Both the position numbers and the translations under genes were made by a program. From a virus (Duplodnaviria > Caudoviricetes), in the IMG/VR virus record IMGVR_UViG_3300036835_000105, positions 1 to 61,217 of that record: a DNA stretch of 61,217 nt; one strand, 5' to 3'. The notes under the pieces were generated by a model that saw only the letters and a program-made list of their open reading frames with translations, was not told the DNA's origin and did not search any database. Positions 30,743 through 38,970 of this stretch are shown here, piece by piece (position 1 is the stretch's first letter; the number at the start of each line of letters is the position of its first letter).

Positions 30743-31586
30743 TGTTCGCCGACACCGTCATTCTCGGGACTTCTTCGGTCTGTTCCGTCACTGTATCCGA
30801 GACCATCATGTTGTAGAAGTTAGTACTCTTGAGCCGCGAGTTGTATTCCGCCGCCGCGATGATCAGGTTCTTGAACTGTTGCGCCGTCACGTTAAATTCG
30901 TCGCCGCCCATCTTGAAACTCGCAAGGTGCTGAGCGTAGTCCAGTAGTACAGGAATGACATCCGGCGGAATCTGTAAGGTATCGCCGTCGCTGGTTGGTA
31001 TGGGGATCGGCGCGACCATATCCGCAACCACCGTCTCGTAACCCGTAGGGCTTGGATACAAGGCCAATAGGTTACGCCCCATGATTCCGCCTATGGTTGG
31101 GTAATTGGACGTGCCGTCCTCCCAGTTACCTGAATAAGCATCCATGTCAAAGACTGAGTTCACCGGCACCCGGATGTTGTTGACGAATAGTTGAATCACC
31201 GATGGATACAATCCCGCCGCTTCCACCGCTGCTCGGTATCTTTGTTCGCAGTACGCGGCCCGTTCTGCATCTTTGGCCTCGGCATCCCGGCTCAGCAGAT
31301 CCGCGAGTACGCCCCACTTGAGCGCCCACACCCAGTCGTCCGGTATCCCCAGCGTCACCCCATTCAGAGTAAGCGCCGCCCCCGCATCCACCGTCTCCAG
31401 CTCCAGCCACCCGTTCCCAGGTATCGGCGCGAGCTGCATCGTAATAGGCGGCGTGGCCGCCACACTGTACACGACCGGGATATCTCCTTGCGTCCTTTGC
31501 CAGTCGGGCAGAAACGAGTTCATGCCCCATTCGCTTTCGCGCCAGAGAATGGTGCCGGTAGCTTGTGTTTGGTCGATGGGCATCAA
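30735..31586 (-). CDS. Head-tail adaptor-like protein (C-terminal part)
   Basis: Two IP..W/V..L..Y/GV...L repeats typical of adaptors. Confidence 0.65.
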   Translation of the reverse strand: MMPIDQTQATGTILWRESEWGMNSFLPDWQRTQGDIPVVYSVAATPPITMQLAPIPGNGWLELETVDAGAALTLNGVTLGIPDDWVWALKWGVLADLLSRDAEAKDAERAAYCEQRYRAAVEAAGLYPSVIQLFVNNIRVPVNSVFDMDAYSGNWEDGTSNYPTIGGIMGRNLLALYPSPTGYETVVADMVAPIPIPTSDGDTLQIPPDVIPVLLDYAQHLASFKMGGDEFNVTAQQFKNLIIAAAEYNSRLKSTNFYNMMVSDTVTEQTEEVPRMTVSANNA

Positions 31587-32923
31587 CTCACCTTTATTGA
31601 TAGGTACACAGTACCGATCTGCACGACGGGAAGAGTCCAGGTCAAGGCAGGAGCGGTAGCTCCAGCCGGAATCGTAACCGGATTCGGCAGGGTTAGCGTG
31701 GCAGTCGGCTGCGTGTTGGTGAGAGTTACGGAATAGCTATTCCCGCCAACGGTAACTGTAAATGGCAATCCTGTTCCTAAACTGGCTAGAGCCGCATACT
31801 GGTACAGAAGGGTGTAATGAGCATTCGGCCCGTTGCCGCCAGCGCCATTGGACGATGATACATAGAACGTGATCGTCTGAAAGGTCATCGGGCTTGTAAT
31901 GTAAAGGCCGCCTGACGCCCCAGCGGCCTGTATGTCGAAGTTACTTTCGGTGTCAAAGAACAGATAGGGGCCGTCGTAGAATTTATCCCACGGCAAACTG
32001 TTGTAGGTAGCTTGGCTGATGAGCGCCATGTTGGGATAGCCGTCCGGTACGGCTCCCCGCGTGTAGTTCCCGCTCACCGTGAGCGTACTCAGTGTGGAGC
32101 GATTCACCGCTATCGGCGGCTGGAACTGGGCGAAATACATCCATGTCGGCTGCCAGGGAAAACCCAACACAGGTACGTTAGGAATATTCCAGGAATACAA
32201 CGGACTCGAATCGATCTGCATCGTGCCCGTGGCGCTTGCCGTACCGCCATCCGCGCCCATCAACCCGGTCGTTACACTTAGCAGGATCGTATCGCCGCCC
32301 AGCGCCGTGCTGCCGCCACCATTCACCGGGTTCGCCGTCTCGGTGTACTGTCCCGCGCCGGATGACGTTTGATTGTAGTTCGCCCCAATCGACATCCAGA
32401 ACTGTCTGTAATCGCCAGCTACTGGTCCTGTCGGCGGCGGCGGCGGCGGCGCGTTCGTCCAGACCGCCCGCAGCACATCTATCGTCTGCGGCTGGTAAGG
32501 AACCCGCCCTGTAGAGTCTACAGTAGCTTGTTCGCGGTAGCGATTGACCACTAGCCGGGTCTCAGCCAGGAACTTGTCCAGGCGGTTCTGCATGGACTGC
32601 CGGATCAGGTTGAGGTCGAACTGCTCCGACCCGGCCCAAGCGCCGCTGGAGAGTTGCGGCTCCAACAGATGATAAAGAATGACCGACAATACGTCGGTAT
32701 CTTTTAGGGTGTACCTTCCCAGGTCATACCACTGCATCCCGGCGGCAACCGGCACCTGGACCCGGCTTCGATACCAGCCGGTCATAGCTTGCCAAGTATG
32801 CAGGGCTTCGGCCAGATACAGGCGCAATTCTGCTTGCGACCAGTACACGTTGCCCGTGTCCTGGAGCCGCTCCGCTAGAGCGGCGATAAACTGCGCCTGG
32901 GTGATCTGTGAGTATCCGGCCAA
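31583..32923 (-). CDS. Head-tail adaptor N-domain plus appended beta-sandwich domains
   Basis: ERLQD..NVYWSQAELRLYLAEA adaptor-like start, poly-Pro hinge, then beta-rich region. Confidence 0.65.
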   Translation of the reverse strand: MAGYSQITQAQFIAALAERLQDTGNVYWSQAELRLYLAEALHTWQAMTGWYRSRVQVPVAAGMQWYDLGRYTLKDTDVLSVILYHLLEPQLSSGAWAGSEQFDLNLIRQSMQNRLDKFLAETRLVVNRYREQATVDSTGRVPYQPQTIDVLRAVWTNAPPPPPPTGPVAGDYRQFWMSIGANYNQTSSGAGQYTETANPVNGGGSTALGGDTILLSVTTGLMGADGGTASATGTMQIDSSPLYSWNIPNVPVLGFPWQPTWMYFAQFQPPIAVNRSTLSTLTVSGNYTRGAVPDGYPNMALISQATYNSLPWDKFYDGPYLFFDTESNFDIQAAGASGGLYITSPMTFQTITFYVSSSNGAGGNGPNAHYTLLYQYAALASLGTGLPFTVTVGGNSYSVTLTNTQPTATLTLPNPVTIPAGATAPALTWTLPVVQIGTVYLSIKVS

Positions 32924-32929
32924 GTGTCA

Positions 32930-33133
32930 CTACGTGTTCTTATTCTTCATTCGCGCCAGCGGCTGTCCCTGTAGCGGGCTGCGTACCGGAGCGGCCTTGG
33001 GCGCTGTTCCCGGCACCGTGGTGTTCGCTCCGGTGGAGGGGCGAAGCGTGCCACGGTTTACCAGATTGGCCGCGATGGGGCTACGCAATGGGCCGTTATA
33101 GCCAGCCGCCTGACCGCCTCTTTCTTTTGCCAT
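32930..33133 (-). CDS. Small basic hypothetical protein
   Basis: AGGAG SD; 67 aa. Confidence 0.6.
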   Translation of the reverse strand: MAKERGGQAAGYNGPLRSPIAANLVNRGTLRPSTGANTTVPGTAPKAAPVRSPLQGQPLARMKNKNT

Positions 33134-33148
33134 GATCGAGTCTCCTTT

Positions 33149-34189
33149 CTATCTATTCAGTAAGAACGAAATATCGTGGTTTTGCAAGAACGCGCCGCCC
33201 AAAGGCAGATCCAGCAGTCTGCCCTGTATGAACGGAACTTGCGGCATCATCTCGTCATCGACCTTCAGGCACTGTTTCAGCCCATCCATGTAATCCTGCT
33301 TGTACATTTGCTGGGTAGCCACCCAGTTCGTATTCTGGAGATCCGCAAAGGTCGAGGTATTGGTCAACATGAACTGGGCGGCCATGCTCCGGGAGAGATC
33401 CATCACCAACTCGGGCAGCCCATACGGAACCTGTGGAAGATCCTGCGCGGCGCTCAAGCTGGGCCAGCGGCTGTAATAGGTCACGCTATACACATTGGCC
33501 AGCGTGGGATGCGGGTAGAACTCATAGACCGGCGTACCGGCCTGATTCCGCATATACGGCGCGATCCCCCAGGCGTAACTGTCCTGCGACATCCGCATCG
33601 GATCTATCGCATTCAACTCATCCTGGGTATAGAACATCCGTCTGCGCCGGATGGTGTAGTTGCCCTGCCGGTTGTTGAAAGAGACCGGCCTGATCCAGGC
33701 CAGATCCTGTTCATCGAGATTGGTGAACGGTAAGGCCGGTGGAACGAAGTAAGGCCGGTAGATCTGGTAGGGAGAGTCCGTTACGTCTGATTGCGCGAAG
33801 GGCTTGTCAATAACGAGGTACGATCCTCGCCAGTCGATGATGTTATAGATATCCCCGCCGGTTGGCTGGATGCCGGTGTAGTTGCCGATACGTATGACTC
33901 TCCCAACACCCGCTTCGCCCTCAATCGGCGGCCCCTCGTCCGGATCGTTATTTAGGGCGTCTTCGGCAGCCGCGTCCAGATATACGAAGGTGTTAAATTG
34001 ATTGACGCTCACCGTCCCGGCGTTGATGAGGTTCGGGGTGAAGATCTGGCCGTCAACGATAAGCTGCCAGCTCCACAGGCGCAGATCGCGTATGCGGGTC
34101 CAGGAGCGGTTAACGATCTGCTGAGCGTGTAGATACGGCAAGCGAGGGAACGTGCCGACCAGCTCGTTCACCATGTCCGTGAATGCCAA
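33149..34189 (-). CDS. Head-tail connector / tail tubular protein
   Basis: FTDMVNEL...IVNRSW...W.W, EFYPHP motif; GGAGG SD. Confidence 0.7.
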   Translation of the reverse strand: MAFTDMVNELVGTFPRLPYLHAQQIVNRSWTRIRDLRLWSWQLIVDGQIFTPNLINAGTVSVNQFNTFVYLDAAAEDALNNDPDEGPPIEGEAGVGRVIRIGNYTGIQPTGGDIYNIIDWRGSYLVIDKPFAQSDVTDSPYQIYRPYFVPPALPFTNLDEQDLAWIRPVSFNNRQGNYTIRRRRMFYTQDELNAIDPMRMSQDSYAWGIAPYMRNQAGTPVYEFYPHPTLANVYSVTYYSRWPSLSAAQDLPQVPYGLPELVMDLSRSMAAQFMLTNTSTFADLQNTNWVATQQMYKQDYMDGLKQCLKVDDEMMPQVPFIQGRLLDLPLGGAFLQNHDISFLLNR

Positions 34190-34237
34190 CGCGCCCCCTC
34201 CTTTCCATGCAAAACATCATGTAGACTCTACACGCCT

Positions 34238-34378
34238 TTAATGCAGCCAGAGCGCCAGCGTCAAGAACGCGAGGCCGAGTCCGATGAGGTTCACTCGCGG
34301 GTGCGCGATCCCCAACCCGGCCAGAACGAAGAAGACGAAGGCGAACGCTAACAAGATGAGATGAAGAGCTGGTCCCAT
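34238..34378 (-). CDS. Small two-TM membrane protein (holin candidate)
   Basis: Hand-translated MGPALHLILLAFAFVFFVLAGLGIAHPRVNLIGLGLAFLTLALWLH. Confidence 0.6.
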   Translation of the reverse strand: MGPALHLILLAFAFVFFVLAGLGIAHPRVNLIGLGLAFLTLALWLH

Positions 34379-34528
34379 TTAATAGCGGCCACGCTTCACC
34401 CGCCCGCCGCCCGCATGGCCCTTGCGCCCCTTGCGCTTGCCGCCTCGGGCCAACAGCCCGTTGCCTTCGAGTGTGCGCCGGTTATGCCGCCCGGTCGATT
34501 GCATGTATCCTGCCGGATTACGCTTCAT
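34379..34528 (-). CDS. Small Arg/Lys/Gly-rich protein (49 aa)
   Basis: Hand-translated MKRNPAG...GGKRKGRKGHAGGGRVKRGRY; GGAG SD. Confidence 0.6.
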   Translation of the reverse strand: MKRNPAGYMQSTGRHNRRTLEGNGLLARGGKRKGRKGHAGGGRVKRGRY

Positions 34529-34537
34529 GATGTCTCC

Positions 34538-34876
34538 TTAATAGCCTTTGGCCAGAATCCGCAGGGTGCGCCCTGCGGCGATGGTGCCGGACGCTTCCGT
34601 GCCGGTTGCCGCAGATAGCAGTTGCAAGCGGAAGCTGGTCGATGCTTTGTTGGGCGAGAGCGGAGCCATGTAGATTACCCCGTCGTACTGCCCGTTGTCG
34701 CTACCGATGCTCTGCGCCCACTCGATGTACTGCATACCGAAGAGCGAGGCGGCGACGAGGATGCCGCCGACCGGCGGCGTCCCCGTAACGATGGCCGAGT
34801 ATATGCCGTTGATCGGCACATCGGCAATGCTTTCCATTTTGTTTCCCGGAGGTGCCGGGTATCCGTCTAGTGGCAT
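34538..34876 (-). CDS. Virion structural protein
   Basis: AAGGAG SD; follows capsid genes. Confidence 0.7.
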   Translation of the reverse strand: MPLDGYPAPPGNKMESIADVPINGIYSAIVTGTPPVGGILVAASLFGMQYIEWAQSIGSDNGQYDGVIYMAPLSPNKASTSFRLQLLSAATGTEASGTIAAGRTLRILAKGY

Positions 34877-34885
34877 CTAGGCTCC

Positions 34886-35542
34886 TTAGTTGCGGTCTGT
34901 CAGATTTCCCTCTGCCAGATCGACTACGATGATTGCGCCGTTGGCGGCTATCGCTTCGCCCGTCCCCAACTGCTTCTGGATATTTGCGCCGGTTAGACCC
35001 GTTGCGCCCGCGATGGCATCGCCGGTCGCGTTGTCGGCACCGGCTCCCGCTGCGGCCCACACGATGGTGCGTGTGGCGGCGGTAACGGTTGCCCGCATCT
35101 GGACCGAAGCTTTGCCGGTTACCTGGATGATGGTGTAGTTGCCGGGGGTGACGGTGTTCAAGAGAACGCCAGCGATCAGCGGCGATCCGCCGTTCTGGGT
35201 CTCGTCGTTGGTCACCTGATAGAGGTCGCTGGCCGCTGTGGTATCCCAGAACACCAGCCGCCCGCGAGTGAGGTTGTTGTTGGTCGCAGTGGCGCTTGGC
35301 GAGATGCGGACCATCTGGTAGGTGCCGTTGTAGCAGGTGCCGGTCGCCGCAATCGACAGCCGCGCCGCATCGTCCTCGCTGAAGGTGATCTTGTTGCCCA
35401 ACATGCCCCCGTATTGCGGTACGAGGGAGCCGGATAGAGAGCCGTAGCCAATCGGCACTCCGATGCCCTGGTTGTTCTCGCCGTTCAACGCACCGGAGAT
35501 CAGTTTGAATGTATTGTCGTTTCGGTTGTTTGACGCTGGCAT
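34886..35542 (-). CDS. Capsid decoration/cement protein
   Basis: Directly after major capsid gene; GNYTIIQVTG motif; A/G/T-rich. Confidence 0.7.
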   Translation of the reverse strand: MPASNNRNDNTFKLISGALNGENNQGIGVPIGYGSLSGSLVPQYGGMLGNKITFSEDDAARLSIAATGTCYNGTYQMVRISPSATATNNNLTRGRLVFWDTTAASDLYQVTNDETQNGGSPLIAGVLLNTVTPGNYTIIQVTGKASVQMRATVTAATRTIVWAAAGAGADNATGDAIAGATGLTGANIQKQLGTGEAIAANGAIIVVDLAEGNLTDRN

Positions 35543-35553
35543 GTTAGACCTCC

Positions 35554-36699
35554 TTATCCATTGACCCCATAGATTTGGGTGTTAGTCCAGGGCGCGGTAC
35601 ATTCCAAATTGACCGCTGCCTTAAGCTGGCTGACTACACGGGTATTATCAGGCGCTCTGATCAGATCTGTCGGGTTGAAGCCGAACTCGCTTGAGTTGGA
35701 GACGCGGAATTTCCAGCGCGAGGTGTTGAAGAACACGCCCACTTCGCCAACCGTCAAGGTCACGTTGGTTGTGGGGAAGTTGTTCGGCGCTCCACTCGCT
35801 GGAACGGTGTAGCTGATGGTCGAGGTCAGGTTGTTGCCCAGGCCGCCGTTGGAGGAATCCGAGTAGGGATAGCCCAACGCAGATGGGAAGTAGTCGTCTT
35901 GCATCACCAGCGCATTTTTGAATTTGAAGCCGGTCGCTCCGTAGAACGGGTCTCTTACGCTGGCCCCTTCCTGGCCGAACCGCTGTTGTGGCTGAATGCG
36001 GTTCTCGACATAGCTGATGAAGGGCTTGTTCGCGCAAAACAGATCCGGCTCATCCTTCCCCCTTCGCGCCAGATTATAGGCTGCATTCAGCATCGGATAG
36101 CTAACCGGCCCCGCCGCTCCGGTATTGGTACCGCCCCAGTACACGTTGCCGTTCAGCGCCTTGCGTACCGCGCCGTTCCTCGGAGCCGTGCCGTAGCTGG
36201 TGTAGATATTGCCATCCCAGGACGGAACCAAGCCGTCATTGATGGCTTCCACCCAGCCGTTGATATTGATCGAGCGGCTGCCGATCTGGCCGTTCTGTTG
36301 TATATCCAGGGCCATGATCGCGGAGATCGTCTGATAGGCATTGGCCATATCCGTTTCGAGTAGCGAGAAGACGCTGAGGTCACCGACGTTGATGACATCA
36401 ATATCTTCCAGATACTCAACGATCATCACGATGTAATAGCGGGGATCGAACACCGTCGCGCCCAAGGTGTTGGGCTTGACCATCGAGAATCCGCCGACGC
36501 CTTTTTGATAAGCCCCGCCATTCAACGGGTTATACAAAAATGCGTTCCTGGTAAAGACCCCGCCCTTGAACGGGACGAGGCACTTGCTCCTCAAGTGAGC
36601 CTGAAAAACGCTGCCCATAAAAAACAAATCTTCGATGCACGCATCGTTGATTTCAGGCAGGGTCGTTATGTTTAGCTCGTCAAGGATGGGATCTGCCAT
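35554..36699 (-). CDS. Major capsid protein
   Basis: 381 aa after scaffold, strong SD, size and pattern consistent with HK97 fold. Confidence 0.8.
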   Translation of the reverse strand: MADPILDELNITTLPEINDACIEDLFFMGSVFQAHLRSKCLVPFKGGVFTRNAFLYNPLNGGAYQKGVGGFSMVKPNTLGATVFDPRYYIVMIVEYLEDIDVINVGDLSVFSLLETDMANAYQTISAIMALDIQQNGQIGSRSININGWVEAINDGLVPSWDGNIYTSYGTAPRNGAVRKALNGNVYWGGTNTGAAGPVSYPMLNAAYNLARRGKDEPDLFCANKPFISYVENRIQPQQRFGQEGASVRDPFYGATGFKFKNALVMQDDYFPSALGYPYSDSSNGGLGNNLTSTISYTVPASGAPNNFPTTNVTLTVGEVGVFFNTSRWKFRVSNSSEFGFNPTDLIRAPDNTRVVSQLKAAVNLECTAPWTNTQIYGVNG

Positions 36700-36716
36700 A
36701 GTTTCTCCTTAATAAG

Positions 36717-37706
36717 TTATGCGCGTGTAGCTTCTATGGGCTTGCCTAGTTGCCCGTTACGCGCCCGTTCCATAAACTTCGCTGCGGCCCGGTCAGCCGC
36801 TCCCATACGTTCTTTTGCGGCATCGTTATGCGCCGGGATGGGAGCGCGTCCGGGGGGAGGCTCGGACTTGCCCTCTTCTTTCGGCACGAATGACCGCTTG
36901 AAGAGCGGCGATTGCCGATCCTCAAGACCGTATTCCCGGCTGTCGGGACTTACGCCCCGCAAAGCCGCTTCCTGGTTTTTCTTCGATTGCTCGTCGTCCC
37001 ACTCCCGTCTCCATTTGTCGCGATTGGTCTGGTCGCGCATTTCGAGCCTCTTATCGGGAACAGCGAACTTTTCCGTCCACACTTGCTCCAGGCTGCGGTT
37101 CTCGTCCCGCGCCTGTTTCAAGATGTCGGCTTCCTCTTTCTTGGTAATGTGTTTACCAAACAAGGCATGATGCTCTCGTTCGATTTCATTCCACACCGGA
37201 CCTAGCATGGCCAAGCCGCTGATCTCTGGGATGAGCTGTTTGGCTAACTTGCTCATGATCTGCTTCTCGAACGCTTCGAGACGCTTATCGAGGTCCGGTG
37301 TAGAGTCTACAACCGTTCCAGTACGGGCAGTCTCCCGAAGATCGTCAATGCCAGGAATATCCGTGTCGCTCAAGCTATACGCTTGCTTGACGGTCTTCAG
37401 CAACGAGCTTGCCCTGGCGGCGGTAATCCGCTCCTCGGCAAGATCGCGCATGATCTGGTCCTTCTCCTGTTCAGCTTGGCTCAGTCGGTTTTCGTATTCC
37501 TGCTGCTGCTGAGCATACTGATCGCGGTAGCGGGCCAGCTCCTGGGTTTTCTGGGTGTAGTCGGCGTTGCGGAGGTAGCCGCCCACGAAGCGGGAAGCTG
37601 CTTGTTCCTTGGTGCCGAGTTTCTCGCGAAGTATGCCAGCCAGTTCCTCATCGTCACCGGCTACTTCCGAGATATATCTATCGAGTGTTGCTGCGTCTAC
37701 TGGCAT
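36717..37706 (-). CDS. Capsid scaffolding protein
   Basis: LRNADYTQKTQELA motif, coiled coil, upstream of capsid gene. Confidence 0.8.
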   Translation of the reverse strand: MPVDAATLDRYISEVAGDDEELAGILREKLGTKEQAASRFVGGYLRNADYTQKTQELARYRDQYAQQQQEYENRLSQAEQEKDQIMRDLAEERITAARASSLLKTVKQAYSLSDTDIPGIDDLRETARTGTVVDSTPDLDKRLEAFEKQIMSKLAKQLIPEISGLAMLGPVWNEIEREHHALFGKHITKKEEADILKQARDENRSLEQVWTEKFAVPDKRLEMRDQTNRDKWRREWDDEQSKKNQEAALRGVSPDSREYGLEDRQSPLFKRSFVPKEEGKSEPPPGRAPIPAHNDAAKERMGAADRAAAKFMERARNGQLGKPIEATRA

Positions 37707-37746
37707 CTCAGTCCTTTCGGGTTGCTGAATCCCTGTCCATCCCGAG

Positions 37747-38070
37747 TTACCCTCCGATTGTGGGCGGTGTGGGTTCGGGTGAGCCGGGGTTGGCTACTAT
37801 TTGCCGCATGGCTGCGCGGAGTCCGGTGGAGCATTCACGTAGCGAGCTGGCGGCGGCGGGAAACTGCCGCGCCAAATCCATGATCTGAGTTTGTATATCG
37901 CGGATCGACTGGACCGCTTCTCTCAGCCCACCGTCACCCTGGCCTGGAGTTGTTGCTCCGGTCGGCTCAGGTCCACCTTGGCCAGCCAGCACAGAGGGGC
38001 TGGCTCCCGGTGAAGAGACTGCCATCCCACCGGCTGGCGGTGAGGATACGGCTGAGTCGTCTAATGGCAT
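37747..38070 (-). CDS. Hypothetical head-module protein
   Basis: GAGGAG SD, 107 aa. Confidence 0.7.
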   Translation of the reverse strand: MPLDDSAVSSPPAGGMAVSSPGASPSVLAGQGGPEPTGATTPGQGDGGLREAVQSIRDIQTQIMDLARQFPAAASSLRECSTGLRAAMRQIVANPGSPEPTPPTIGG

Positions 38071-38108
38071 AATCGGTTACTCCTCAAAAGCCCTACAGCC
38101 CACATCCT

Positions 38109-38132
38109 GCCGGGGGTTCTTAGGCCCCCGGC
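38109..38132. terminator. GC-rich hairpin
   Basis: GCCGGGGG-ttcttagg-CCCCCGGC, intergenic. Confidence 0.4.
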
Positions 38133-38148
38133 GATTGATAGCGTATGG

Positions 38149-38211
38149 TTAACGCTTTTTGCCGTGGCGCTTGCGGCCCCGGCGATTCGCGACACGACCG
38201 AAATCGAGCAT
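38149..38211 (-). CDS. 20-aa very basic peptide
   Basis: MLDFGRVANRRGRKRHGKKR with AAAGGGG SD. Confidence 0.5.
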   Translation of the reverse strand: MLDFGRVANRRGRKRHGKKR

Positions 38212-38461
38212 GTACGAATCCCCCTTTCTCCGACTGGCGGTAAGCCTATCGGTACTTGGTATCAGTCCGGTCAGTACGCATTCAAAAAAAGGGGCTTGCC
38301 GCAAAAACGAAAAGGCCCGCACCCAGATCCCCAAAACCTGAACGAAAAAGGGATCAAAGGTACGGGCCGAATCGCAAACCCCTTGCTGAAGGGAGCTTCA
38401 AGATGAAGATGAACCAATCTTCAACGCGCTGCGGTTTGCCGTAAACGCACTGCTAGGTATA

Positions 38462-38491
38462 AATGTACCCGGCAATTTGTGGAAGGGTCAA
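38462..38491 (-). promoter_or_regulatory. Putative sigma70-like promoter for head genes
   Basis: TTGACC-N18-TACATT on minus strand. Confidence 0.35.
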
Positions 38492-38502
38492 TAGTTTTCC
38501 GA

Positions 38503-38709
38503 TTATTTCACGCGAACGTATCCTTCAAACTTGCCATTTCCGCGAATATAGCCGTTTTTGAAGTGCAGCTCCATCTTGCCGGTGCCGCCCACTCGGCGCA
38601 ATTCCCGCATCACATCCTCTAAGGACGAGACCGGGAAGTGGCGGGTATCCGGCTGCTTATCCTTATTACTACCCGCCAGCGTCTGCATGTCGGCTGGCTT
38701 ACGTTCCAT
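38503..38709 (-). CDS. Hypothetical protein
   Basis: 68 aa; ATG abuts a palindrome copy. Confidence 0.6.
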   Translation of the reverse strand: MERKPADMQTLAGSNKDKQPDTRHFPVSSLEDVMRELRRVGGTGKMELHFKNGYIRGNGKFEGYVRVK

Positions 38710-38716
38710 GTAGAGT

Positions 38717-38803
38717 CTACATGCGGTGGATAGACCAGATCAGCCACAGGAGGACGATGAGGATAAAGGTTCCGCCGATCACCGCCCATGTTGATTCTGT
38801 CAC
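38717..38803 (-). CDS. 28-aa single-TM peptide
   Basis: GTG start overlapping upstream TGA; TESTWAVIGGTFILIVLLWLIWSIHRM; TAG stop lies inside the palindrome. Confidence 0.5.
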   Translation of the reverse strand: MTESTWAVIGGTFILIVLLWLIWSIHRM

Positions 38804-38970
38804 CGTGTCTTCCCCTTACGCTTCTTGGCCCCGCGTTTGATCACTCCACTAGCCATAGCGATAGCTTGGCCGGTGGGGATGCCGCGAGCCTCGGCGCTTT
38901 CGCGGACGTGCTGCCACTGCCGCTTCTGTTTAGCGGTACGGGCTTTCTTGGTGTGTTTGGATGCTGGCAT
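38800..38970 (-). CDS. ChaB-like small basic protein (56 aa)
   Basis: Hand-translated KQKRQWQHVRESAEARG...AIAMASGVIK; TAATG-coupled to portal. Confidence 0.6.
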   Translation of the reverse strand: MPASKHTKKARTAKQKRQWQHVRESAEARGIPTGQAIAMASGVIKRGAKKRKGKTR

